Positions 1-11,510 of a stretch of 64,000 bases of DNA are shown here, piece by piece. The position numbers and the translations under genes were made by a program. Below the pieces are notes generated by a model. It worked only from the letters and a program-made list of their open reading frames with translations. It was not told the origin of the DNA and did no database searches. Each line of letters opens with the position of its first letter. Positions within the stretch are counted from its first letter, which is position 1. Source of the DNA: Octopus sinensis (taxonomy: Eukaryota); assembly GCF_006345805.1 (NCBI RefSeq), contig NC_043000.1, positions 122,388,001-122,452,000 on the forward strand, given 5' to 3'.

Positions 1-270
1 GTGTGTGTCTGCATGAGTGTTCGTGTGTGTGTGTGAGTGTATGTGCGTGTGTGTAAGTGTGTGTGTGTGTGAGTGCGTCTGTTTGGGGTGTGTGTGAATG
101 CGCGTGTGTGCGTATGCGTGGGTCTATCTGGGTGGTGTGCGTTTGCGTGTGTTTTTGCGTAGGTCTGTCTGGGTGGTGTGTGTGTGCGTGTATGTGCGTG
201 TATGTGAGCGTGAGTGTGCGTGTGTATGTGTGTGCGTGTGTATGTGTGTGTGTGTTCGTGTGTGTCGTTA
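1..270. repeat. Degenerate (GT)n microsatellite
   Basis: Direct GT/GC dinucleotide runs; explains the 57..278 CV-rich ORF. Confidence 0.95.
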
Positions 271-454
271 ATACATAATTTCAGTGAAACTGATGAGTCA
301 TAGCTCGCATTTAGCGCGAATAAAATTTTGAATTCAAATATATGGATGGATGGATGGATATATACATAGTAGCTGTAATTCTTTACAGAACTAGGTTGTT
401 TCGTCAGTTGGTAAATGCGGTCAGGATATCTCATATGAAAAGCATGCCTGACTT

Positions 455-600
455 AGTCAATATATGCTCAGCCTGAAACCTGTTCATATATGTTAATATA
501 TGCTCAACAGATGACAATATATTCTCAGCCTGAAAACTGTTAACATATGTTAATATATGCTCAGCAGATGTTAATATATGCTCAGCCTAGAAACTGTTTG
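455..600. repeat. Minisatellite of alternating ~36-bp and ~21-bp units
   Basis: Core ttaatatatgctca recurs five times, followed alternately by gcctgaaaactgtt or cagatg. Confidence 0.8.
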
Positions 601-659
601 GTTTTGAAGTAAATTCTTGTTTAAGAAGTTCGATTACCTGTGTTGTATTTCCTTTACAA

Positions 660-880
660 TAATGCTTTATTTTTTTCTAAACCGTTCTATTTTCCGTCAT
701 CTACCTCCAGATTCCAAGACCCACTCTAAGACCCTAAAGATTATTTCTGACAACATCCTTAAATCTTCTCGTCTGTTTACGTCTTTGAAGTTCACCATGT
801 TGCAACCGCCCATAAAACAATTACTTAGCTAACCAGTCATTACCCATCTCTGTACGATGTCCAACCTATCGCATCCAAAT
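660..880 (-). mobile_element. RTE-clade LINE 3' fragment (decayed)
   Basis: Minus-strand translation with stops: RMR*VGHRTEMGNDWLAK*LFYGRLQHG...RRFKDVVRNNL, matching the RTE C-terminal pattern RLRW.GHV.RM...K..FYGEL..G.R....KRFKD. Confidence 0.65.
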
Positions 881-3217
881 ATATAGGAAGCGAAACTCAA
901 TGCTGGATGTGTTGCATCAGAGAAAAACAAAGATGTTTGATATTAGAGACGGCCATTATATATTTAGGCTCGTCCAAAGACGAACTTACATACACTATAC
1001 ACACATACATACGTACTTATTAATATTGGTATCAATATATGGCTCTTCAAAATTAATATAGAAGTATAAGTGATTTTAAGAGGAAACTACAAATTTCGCA
1101 GTATCAAATTCATGAATCATCTTCCAAACGTTAAGAGACCCCAAGCGTTTATCTATGTACTATGTGGGTTCGTGGCAAAATTGCGTCAAACTGTATAAAA
1201 CACCTCTGAGGACACAGCGGTTTTATTGACTAAGTGATAAGTTATGAAACCAGGGCAGCACCACAGAGACGAATGTAAATTGCACCTATTGTATATCAGG
1301 TTTATAGATATGATAATGCATGAGTATATACAAAACTCGTTTTGTCTAAAAAGAAAGTCTATGTTTAAATTTTCACTTGTTTCTATCTGTAGATTGCTGG
1401 TCACACAATACATTTATTATTATATATCATATTAGTATCACGTTTGAGTTACTTCTGCTCAGTAACTTGGAGGCCAGACATTAATACCTTCGTTGGCAAA
1501 TGGTATGAGAAAAAGTTAAGTGTAATTGTTAATAACATATATATTGCCTAGCTATTGAATTATCAATAATCTGACAAATATATTGTCAGCCACAATAAAT
1601 CCTGCCACATCACTGATTCATCGTTATTTTACTTCGGATTATGCTTATCCATGCATGTTGTGGAACATCGAAAAACATCACAAATGCTTTTAATGCTTTC
1701 ACATAGACAAGTTTACCTATTCGATATATGTGATATAGTAATAAGAGTGACAGACAGACAAAACACAAAAAAATTTAGCTCGAAGGCGAAAGAGAGAATC
1801 AGAAAAATGTATTAGACCGAATAAACGAGATGGGTTTACTGTCAATTATACTAGCGTTTAAACATTTCATTGTAAATGTTGACCCGAAAAACACATCGAA
1901 TGTTAATCAGTTTTAGTTTGTTTAAACATTCAGTATGACATCACGTCTGAGTATTTACTTTTGCTGAAAAACTGGTTTTGCTAATAATAAAAAAAGAAAG
2001 TTTTTAAATGGAATGTATTTTTGGTAGCAAGTGTATAATTGTAATTTTGCGTTACCACGAACGATAAAACCAAAACGCTGGCTCTGATCTCCTGAACTGA
2101 ATAAAAATAGTTTTATCATCGACGGTACGATATATCAGGGAATACCGTTGCCTACTTTCTACAAGGTGAAGAAATGTAATGTAGAATATCAACCCTCCAA
2201 GAACATTATCAATTAAAAGCAATGGTTTCCACTGTCAAGTTTGCAGAGTAAAATTTAATATATATCACTTCAATTTTGGGTAAATCCTTATAACAGCAAG
2301 CATTAAGACAATCCACATTGTCCCTGATAGTTTGAAGTGACCATTACGTAATCCCCTACCCCTAATATTGGTGGGATATTGAATTTAGTAAACAGGTATA
2401 CCTCTGCGTCATATTGAGTATAATATGAACGGCCTTAAGTAGATTCACTGAATATCTGACAAATAGTAGTTGGAAATGGAGAAGTTGGAGTTGTCAGATA
2501 AATGGAAATAATTTACTTATCGTATTATAATGTAAGTGGGTTGTGTATTTGACAGGCACTTGTACCTTTAACATTATCTCCTATCGGAAGACGTGTGACA
2601 TTAAGATAAGACTGGTTCTTTGAGTTAGAATTACAGGTCATCTCATAGTATTCTATATAGATTCCAAACACCAAATTTCACGCACGATGCCACTTCCGAT
2701 CCGCTGTTGCGATATAAGGATTTTGTTATTTATAGAAAGGTATACTGAGATAGAACCAGGAACATTATGATTGCAAAGTGAACGTTATAACCATTCTGAC
2801 ATCCATTTTCCCAACATAGAATGAAATACAGCTAGACAAAAATATACCGTGTTATAACTAACCTTCAAGATTTCTAGAGCTAGCTAATACATTTGCTGTA
2901 TTGTATGTTCGTTTGTTTTTTGCAACTGTGAATTTTTATCTTTGCTCTTCTATGTAAATGAAGATATTTCCATCGTTTTGCTGCTTTTCTTTCTAGGAAA
3001 TGAGAAGATACATTGCAGAACTGTTATTTAACGAGCTGTGTCAATTTATCACCCGATGAGACACATCTGCACCGACGGATGCTCCTGAACCAGTTGTTAA
3101 GTATGCCACCCTGAGTGTCAATGCTAGATATATCGAAACACTTGTCGTGATTAATAATAAATTATCGCATATTCCATCTTTAGTCTTTCATTTACCATAT
3201 ATGTATATATATATATA

Positions 3218-3630
3218 GGCGCAGGAGTCATCGTGTGGTAAGTAGTTTGCTTACCAATCACATGGTTCCGGGTTCATTCCCACTGCGTGGCACCTTGGGT
3301 AAGTGTCTTCTACTATAGCTTCGGGCCGACCAAAGCCTTGTGAGTGGATTTGGTAGACGGAAACTGAAAGACGCCCGTCGCATATATGTATATATATGTA
3401 TGTTTGTGTGTGTGAGTGTATATGTTTGTGTGTCTGTGTTTGTCCCCCAACATCGCTTGACAACCGATACTGTTGTGTTTATGTCCCCGTAACTTAGTGG
3501 TTTGGCAAAAGATAACCGATAGAATAAGTACTAGGCTTACAAAGAATAAGTCCTGGGATCGATTTGCTCGACTAAAGGCGGTGCTCCAGTTTGGCCACAA
3601 TCAAATGACTTAAACAAGTAAAAGAGTAAA
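3218..3630 (+). mobile_element. tRNA-derived CORE-type SINE (family 1; probably octopus OR-type), full length
   Basis: Head ggcgcaggag..gtggtaag..ggttcattccc with A/B boxes; CORE-like ccttgggtaagtgtctt; internal TA/TG microsatellite; tail cagtcaaatgact..gtaaaagag. Many copies in the window. The family name is recalled, not searched. Confidence 0.9.
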
Positions 3631-3631
3631 T

Positions 3632-3950
<319 letters not shown>

Positions 3951-4281
3951 TATCTTTAACACTTCCAATCTCCGTAATAGTCTTATCGATCTTGGCGGGA
4001 TTAAAGGCAAATTATTTATCATGATATTTTATCTGACACTCTAAGAACTCTGACAATTTATTGTAACTATGAACATGTATATCAATGTTTTACACACAGT
4101 CAAACATAGAAATATATACATACAGACGCGTGTTACTGGCATATGTATGTGCACGCGTACGTATAGGCGTTTGCACGCCTGAACTCGTGAGTATATTAAA
4201 AACACGGAAAGGGTAAAGTCAATGTAACGAAAACACACGCATACGTGTATTTGTGTGGATGTGTGGCGCTATGCGTGTCGG

Positions 4282-4312
<31 letters not shown>

Positions 4313-4322
4313 TTGTGTGTGT

Positions 4323-4373
<51 letters not shown>

Positions 4374-4621
4374 TTTGTGTTTGTGTGTTTGCGAGTGCGT
4401 GTTGGTGTCTAAGGAGTGCCGTTTATAAATCAAGACGAAGTTCTCTCAGATATGAATTAATTTATCTGACGTTTATCTGTTTCCCACTAAAACCTGAACA
4501 GATCCTGGTAATAAAATATGATTACTGCTGTATAAATCACCCGACCAATTTCCAGTGTTGTTTCTCATCGTTCACGTGATTATTTCACTTGTTGTTATTG
4601 CGATGGGAGGAAATTACTGCG

Positions 4622-4728
4622 ATGACAGGAGGTGTTACTCAATACGAGGAACACATAAAGAACAACAGAAACGAAAGCGACGACAACGCTTACGACGGCG
4701 GCGGTGAGAACAGCAAAATATCTTACAG
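4622..4728 (+). CDS. Candidate first coding exon of an unidentified host gene (MTGGVTQYEEHIKNNRNESDDNAYDGGGENSKISY)
   Basis: ATG at 4622 with an in-frame upstream stop; CpG-rich non-repetitive codons; ends at AG|gtaaaa donor (phase 2). No homologue recognised. Confidence 0.3.
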
Positions 4729-5081
4729 GTAAAACGTAAAACGGTTCCTGTGTCTAACATATCAAGCGTGATATTGCGGGAACAACAACAGCAAAAATAA
4801 CATATACAATAAAAGGAGGAGGTGGAGGGTAAATGCCGTAGACCCCAAAATGTCTCAATTTACTGCTTAACTAATAAAAATAAATCATTATATAAATACA
4901 TCACGCATGAAATTTATATATTCATAAAACACATGCGTGTTGCCATATATAGAAGATTTTTATCATCATGTGACTCTGTTAATCGATTTTTATTGATTGC
5001 CTATTTGGGGTGTAAATTACGGTTTGAGTTAGTGACATAAGGCTTGCAGTAGACTTTTAACAAACATTAGCTGAACGAAGA

Positions 5082-5400
5082 CATGCGCATGGCGCCACAT
5101 CATTGAATAATTAATAGACACCATTCAGAAAATTATAAAATGTTAGCAACTGGTTGAGGGTTTTTCTTTAATAAACATCTGAAAAAATACAATAAAATTG
5201 GATATTTATCCCGCTTTTATTTGCACTGTGGCTAATATAAATAATTGCAGTATGGCAGTAATTGATTTCAATTCAAATATTTTAGCATATTTCTGAAACC
5301 AAACCCTTGAACGGTATCTCGATGATTTACATTTTCGCAATAGCTGTTAAAAATGAACTTCAAAAATGCACCAGAGTGGGGAACTGCGAACGCCATCTTG
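5082..5400. promoter_or_regulatory. Candidate promoter motifs: NRF1-like catgcgcatg (5082-5091) and YY1-type CAAGATGGCG (minus strand, 5391-5400)
   Basis: Motif matches only, in unique CpG-retaining sequence. Confidence 0.25.
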
Positions 5401-5650
5401 ACGTTAAATGAATTTTATGAAGCCAGTCCAGCAGAATTATGGGTGATTACTTGTAAATGCTTTTCTGCACGTAATATTTAATCTTTGTGTTTTGTTGAAA
5501 TAAATAGTAATTACGTGTTGCGTTTGGGGTCACAAGCCAAGCCTCTTGTCATTTTGGCTCTGGAATAACTCAGTGCAAAATATCACGCAAACCGAATCTA
5601 ACATACAGTTAGAAATTGTTTGCATCTTTGTATCAGTAACACATTTTGTA

Positions 5651-6056
5651 CTCTTTTACTTGTTTCAGTCATTTGACTGTGGCCATGCTGGAGCACCGCT
5701 TTTAGTCGATAAATCGATCCCAGGACTTAGTCTTTGGAAGCGTAGTACTTATTATATCGGTCTTTTTTGCCGAACCGCTAAGTTACGGGGACGTAAACAC
5801 ACCAGCATCGGTTGTCAAGCGATGTTGGGGGGACAAACACAGACACAGAAATATATACACATACATACATTCATGTATATATATACATATATACCACGGG
5901 CTTCTTTCAGTTTCCGTCTACCAAATCCACTCACAATGCTTTGGTCGGCCCGAGGCTATAGTAGAAGACACTTGCCCAAGGTGCCACGCAGTGGGACGGA
6001 ACCCGGAACCATGTGGTTTGAAAGCAAGCTTCTTACTAGACAGTCACTCCTGCGCT
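5651..6056 (-). mobile_element. CORE-type SINE family 1, full length
   Basis: Reverse complement of the 3218-3630 element; explains ORF 5546..6073. Confidence 0.9.
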
Positions 6057-6679
6057 TATATATTATTCATTGAGAAAGTACTTTAGAAGATGAGATCTTT
6101 TCCCTTTATCTTTACTTAAGACTCATTTAGGATTATATAGATAACAGCTTAGTATTAAGAATACATTATTTATAAGATATTATTAATACCACGTTGTTCC
6201 TGGAAATTAATTTAGAAAATGATAAGTATTTGATATTCGTTAGCTCGACTGAATATACGACAGATTTTTTTTGTATTCCTTCCGACCAAATACTCTGAGT
6301 TCCGTTACAAAATATGAAAGTATTGAAATTACAGTAATAGTACATGAATCTAAGGTAATGTTGTCTCTCGACGTTTCAGTTTAAAGTTAGATGAAAATAT
6401 AAAAACAGAAAATGTACTGGGATCAATTAAAGCGACTAAAATACCTCCTCAATAGTTTTATCAATGGGAATAATCAACATTATCTTAATGTCCTAATTGG
6501 TTTACGAGGACGTAAGCTACAATATATGGGTATTAAAGAGTTTCTACGATAATACAGGTCGCAATTCCTTTATTACTCAATGCATACAAAGGGCATGAGT
6601 GCACTCAATCTAGGAATCATGGTATTCTAGTAATCACTGAAACCCTGTGAAATCATAATGATAATAGTATTAGAGGAGC

Positions 6680-7090
6680 GGCGGGGTGGCAGAAGCGTTA
6701 GCACGCCGGGCGAAATACGTAGCCGTATTTCGTTTGCCGTTACGTTCTGAGTTCAAATTCAGCCGAGGTAGACTTTGCCTTTCATCATTTCGGGGTCGAT
6801 ATATTAAGTACCAGTTACGCACTGGGGTCGATATAATCGACTTAATCCGTTTGTCTGTCCTTGTTTGTCCTCTCTGTGTTTCGCCCCTTGTGGGTAGTAA
6901 AAAATAGGTATTTCGTCTGTCGCTACGTTCTGAGTTCAAATTCAGCCGAGGTCGACTTTGCCTTTCATCCTTTCGGAATCGATAAATTAAGTACCAGTTA
7001 CGCACTGGGGTCGATATAATCGACTTAATCCGTCTGTCTGTCCTTGTTTGTCTCCTCTGTGTTTAGCCCCTTGTGGGCAGTAAAGAAATA
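6680..7090 (+). mobile_element. Meta-domain-type tRNA SINE (family 3), head + two tandem body/tail-A units
   Basis: Head gcggcg..tggcagaagcgttagcac; Meta-like gcctttcatcctttcggggtcgat..agtaccag; second unit restarts at gtatttcg (6908); 14-bp TSD agtattagaggagc at 6666-6679 and 7091-7104. Confidence 0.9.
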
Positions 7091-7654
7091 AGTATTAGAG
7101 GAGCAGTAGAGTATGGGTCTGTGCATGTGTTTATGACTTTCTCCTTTATTTTCATGATGTTTAAATAACGATCGCCTGACTGAGCAACTCTGCCCGAAAG
7201 GTAAGATTGATCTCCTTGAATGCGATTTAAAATTTATTCTATGTCTGCATTATTATTTACTAATACGGAACAAATCTGCTTCCTTCTGACTGCACCACTT
7301 AAACTGTTATGACATCTTTTTCTATTTAGCTTCCATTTTAGAAATACAAATCGAATGAACACACATATTCGTTTATTCGCTCTGTACGAACATTACACAG
7401 TAGAGAAATTAGTCAAATTCAGTCTCCTGGGACATACAGTTATTCGAAAAAAAATGAACATATTAAATAGTTATTTAATTCATTGTTGAAATATTGCATC
7501 GACTGACACGATGCAAAGCCACTGTATCCAGTTTACAATGGTTGGTTTTGAAATGGAAAAACATACACTCAGTGACCTTTATAAGGACTGATGTTCTTAT
7601 GTTTTCTGCTTTTATCGAAATTCAATACATATATGAATAAATTCGATACATATT

Positions 7655-7831
7655 GTGCCGAAAAGTTCCTGGCTTTGGGTAAAACAAAATACAGAAGGAC
7701 CAGTTATTTGTAATTTTATTCAACATCTTCCCCTCTCACATTCACACACTTATGATACCGGTCCTTCAGTTTTCCCACCCAAGTCTTTCGGGATAGCCTT
7801 AAAGCAAAGAACCTTTCAAAGCCCCTCGTAT
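7655..7831 (+). mobile_element. Mariner-derived MITE (diverged)
   Basis: Left end gtgccgaaaagttcctggcttt and right end aaagcaaagaacctttcaaagcccctcgta are imperfect inverted termini; no coding capacity. Confidence 0.5.
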
Positions 7832-8302
7832 AGAAACACACACATACATAAAATTATAAATACTAGTAACAGAAGCTGAATTATAAACTAATGGTATATC
7901 CTACTTATTGTGAATGTGTTGTTAAAATACCATATTACTGAGAGGAGCACACGCTGAGACGTAAAATGGTGAGAAGCAGAGACAAATCGTTTGCATAGTA
8001 GAATCGTCTCGCGTGGGTGACAGAACTATTAGACCACGTCATTTCAGTGTACACGCATTTCATCAGTAGCAGGCGTCGACTCAACGCATGTCATGCAAAT
8101 GCCACTGCAAAATATACACTGAAAACTAGTGACTGCCAATCAATGTTGTATCAGTACTGCCACTCATGTCACATAGTATGCCTTCGCCTTTTAGCACTTT
8201 ACATTCGTGACAACAGGATCTCAGCAAAACGGTGTTCTGTTAATGTATTGCCGACCAAAGCCTTGTGAGTGGATTTGGTAGACGGAAACTGAAATAAGCC
8301 CG

Positions 8303-8307
<5 letters not shown>

Positions 8308-8338
<31 letters not shown>

Positions 8339-8352
8339 GCACGCACACACAT

Positions 8353-8398
<46 letters not shown>

Positions 8399-8421
8399 AC
8401 ATACATACATACATACATACA

Positions 8422-8450
<29 letters not shown>
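8308..8450. repeat. (CA)n-(TA)n-(TACA)n compound microsatellite after a truncated family-1 SINE (8250-8308)
   Basis: Direct. Confidence 0.9.
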
Positions 8451-8453
<3 letters not shown>

Positions 8454-9092
8454 AGAGGGATGTTCTTGAGAACATTTCTTAGTGGTAAGACCATAACGGA
8501 TGTACTTCTAGCATAAGGGTTGTCCACGTTGTGGTCATCCCTCTTATATGTATGTAATATAATTTTCTAAACCTTCAGATTTTAATATGCTACACCACTG
8601 GTTTTAAATTGATATTAATCAAATTAATATTCAATTTTTCACCCTCATTCTAAATTTATATATATACATATATAAGTAACAACTACGGACTGAAATTCCT
8701 TCCAGAGATGTGTAAAACATCCAATTCACTGGTACAACAGTTGAATACTACAGAAATTGGGGTATAATACAAATTACAAACAATAAATTAAATAGATTCC
8801 ATTGACAATCTAACAATTTATTTATATTATGATGTAACATAATACATCATGAATATAGAATAATATAAGATAACATAAAAAATTACTATAAAACCAAGAC
8901 CCCAAAATTTGTTTCGACTTAAATACATTTTTTTTTTTTATAAACACTTCATATCTATGTATATACATTTCTTCAGGATTTTGCTTCAAAAGGCAGACGA
9001 ATTTCCGTGTGAAAGGACGGCCAGATTGCAAAGAGATTGATTTAAATACCTATGCTTAGCAGCGTGAGCGTTAACATTTCAACGCTTATGCT

Positions 9093-9500
9093 TTTCAGTC
9101 ATTTGACTGCGACCATGCTGGAGCACCGCCATTAGCCGAACAAATCGACCCCCACGACTTATTGTTTGTAAGCGTAGTACTTGTTCTATCGGTCCTGTTT
9201 TGCCGAACCGCTAAGTTACGGGGACGTAAACACACCAAAAGCTGTGTCATGCGATGGTGAGGTGACAAACACGGACACACAAATACCTATATATATGTAT
9301 ATATATATAGGTATATATATATATTTATGCACACACACAAACATATACATCTATATATACAACGGGCTTCTATCAGTCTCCGTCTAACAAATCCACTCAC
9401 AAGGCTTTGGCTGGTCCGAAGTTATATAGTAGAAGACACCTGCCCAAAGTGCCCGGAACCATGTGGTTGGGAAGCAAGTTTCTTATCACACAGCCACTCC
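9093..9500 (-). mobile_element. CORE-type SINE family 1
   Basis: Reverse-complement match to the other family-1 copies. Confidence 0.85.
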
Positions 9501-9757
9501 TTTATATATATATATATTATATATATATATAATATATATATATATATTATGTGAAATAGAAAGATGAATAATCATGTAGTAGATTAATCAAAAGTTTAAC
9601 CGATACCTTAGTAGCAAAAATCACAGCAGTAACAGCACGGTTGGAGGTACAACCATCTGGCGTTGCAACCGTGCGTTGGTGCGGATAATTGAAATTAAAA
9701 CATTATTGGTGAATTGAAGAAATGGAGCTGAACGCAGATTGAACAGAAATCGTTTTA

Positions 9758-9846
9758 TTTCATTCTACACGTGTTTCGAAAGGCACAAATTACCAAAATC
9801 CGATTGAATAATGGGACCATATTGTGTCTTTCTCTTCAGGAAGAAA
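9758..9846 (-). ncRNA. Type I hammerhead ribozyme, canonical C3:G8 core (sense to the EN ORF)
   Basis: Exact reverse complement of 11281-11369. Confidence 0.8.
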
Positions 9847-10448
9847 AAAGGAAATCCGTTGGAAAAACAAAAACAGAACAGAGGCGGAGCAAAAACAAAA
9901 ACAAATCGAACTAAGCTCCTAAGAGCCCATGGCAAAACTGTTTATCAGTGTATGTTGAGAACCGGTGGCTGAAGAATTCAACGGGTCAGGCATCGGTCAA
10001 TCATGTGGGTGAGGGTGTATAGATGTTCTTTGTGACCGAGAATAAAGTTCTGACTATTTAAGGAATATTGGATGTTTTATAAGGGGCGAGAAAAAATCTA
10101 CTTAGAGACGTGTGTGTGTGTATACTGTTCTATATATGTGTGTGTTGGCGTAGGGGTAGAAAACATTTTTTGTGTACATGTGTGCGTTTGATCGTTCGGC
10201 TGTCAGTGGCTACTGCCGTGATAACCGTTGGGTGGCAGAAAGAAAAAAAAAAAATATATATATATTATGTTTTATGTGTGTGTGTTCATCTAAGCCTGCC
10301 TTGTCAAGGAAACCCCCCGCTGTGAAAAAACCAAGCCCCGTTTGTCTTACAGGAGTAATTCCCCTTGCAGTGGTTAATCGTAGATATCTTAAAGGCTATT
10401 TCAGAATTTGTTACCAAGGGCTATGGGTGCCGGTATTATTTATAAACG

Positions 10449-11090
10449 CTATTTAAAAGCCAGATAAGTGTAACGCCGCCAATGGGGGCATCGAAAAGCC
10501 GACTGTAAGAGCCCGTTTACCATCCGGCCTCTGGCAAACAAAATATGGAAGAGTTCGGAGACACAAAGGTTGCACTGTCTTCTGCCCCTATCAAATGGGA
10601 GGGCCACCGACAAAATTGACCATTCCAGCCTATAGCTTAAGTTCGTATCCTTCAGTCGCCATATTAGCTTACTGAGTCCCGTGGTCTGGCGCTTGTTCAT
10701 GTCCCGAAAAGTTGCGTAATGGTTGGAGACACGCAAAGACAATCTTGAGGATGATGCCCCTACATAAGTGAAGACATCTGAGTCCGTGTAAACCTTGCAT
10801 TGGTAGACGGCGTTTTTGATCTTGGAGTTCGCCGACGTGAATCTTAATCTGCTAGGATTAGTTTCTGAAATTAGAACTGCGTTCCTGTCACTATATTCGT
10901 TCCGAGACCTGCAGCCGCTTACTACTCTATTTTCCACTACGTCACTATTAACTATAGGAATAACCGCTGATTCTCCACTATCTATCAGAGTGCTGTCATT
11001 GCTACTGCCCGTGGTGCTGCTATTGCGGGAAATGATGCTGGGGATGCTATTGGGGCTCTCTACCCTACTCCCATTGTTACCGTCAACCAC
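10449..11090 (-). CDS. PLE-type GIY-YIG endonuclease domain preceded by an S/N/G-rich linker (probably the truncated C-terminus of an RT-EN polyprotein)
   Basis: AVYQCKV..YVG, then RVSNH, T.LSKLIW.LKD, WSIL...PF, CNLC..E, N, CPH: the motif order typical of invertebrate PLE endonucleases. Confidence 0.8.
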   Translation of the reverse strand: MVDGNNGSRVESPNSIPSIISRNSSTTGSSNDSTLIDSGESAVIPIVNSDVVENRVVSGCRSRNEYSDRNAVLISETNPSRLRFTSANSKIKNAVYQCKVYTDSDVFTYVGASSSRLSLRVSNHYATFRDMNKRQTTGLSKLIWRLKDTNLSYRLEWSILSVALPFDRGRRQCNLCVSELFHILFARGRMVNGLLQSAFRCPHWRRYTYLAFK

Positions 11091-11280
11091 AACACCCCTA
11101 TTATAACTATACCCCTAGTGGGTACTCCTGGCTGGAGGTGAGATTATGTGTCACTGTACTGGCTCTCATATCATTATTACTACTATAATTATTCCTACTG
11201 AGCATTAAACCGGGAGCGGAAGAGGCTGTGCCTCCGGAAAAATGTGATAGGGTCTTAGTAAGTAGCCTATTATTTCCTTT

Positions 11281-11369
11281 TTTCTTCCTGAAGAGAAAGA
11301 CACAATATGGTCCCATTATTCAATCGGATTTTGGTAATTTGTGCCTTTCGAAACACGTGTAGAATGAAA
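11281..11369 (+). ncRNA. Type I hammerhead ribozyme, canonical C3:G8 core
   Basis: Stem I tttcttc/gaa(t)gaaa; CUGAAGA 11288-11294; stem II gaaagacacaa/ttgtgcctttc; GAAA 11350-11353; palindromic stem III cacgtg; GUA cleavage at 11361. Confidence 0.8.
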
Positions 11370-11425
11370 TAAAACGATTTCTGTTCAATCTGCGTTCAGC
11401 TCCATTTCTTCAATTCACCAATAAT

Positions 11426-11510
<85 letters not shown>

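Larger units (their letters stand above)
9551..11425 (-). mobile_element. 5'-truncated Penelope-like element with GIY-YIG ORF and inverted pseudo-LTR
   Basis: 154-bp apparently identical inverted repeat (9702-9855 / 11272-11425) containing an HHR; GIY-YIG ORF on minus; (TA)n on both flanks. Confidence 0.85.

Noticed and set aside
284-335. CTGATGA at 290 as a hammerhead
   Set aside because: No GAAA (GAAT instead) and no convincing stems I and III.
3218-3290. tRNA genes at SINE heads
   Set aside because: Heads have A/B boxes but no complete cloverleaf and continue into SINE bodies.
5546-6073. 175-aa ORF and similar ORFs over SINEs (e.g. 6670..7005, 22059..22502, 28082..28663)
   Set aside because: They overlap multi-copy SINE sequence and have no protein-domain signal.
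8020-8075. Minus-strand CTGATGA...GAAA...GTC
   Set aside because: Stems I-III do not pair adequately.
9856-10448. Possible SECIS in the long PLE 3' region (some PLEs encode selenoproteins)
   Set aside because: No in-frame TGA in the EN ORF and no recognisable AUGA/AAA/GA stem-loop by eye.
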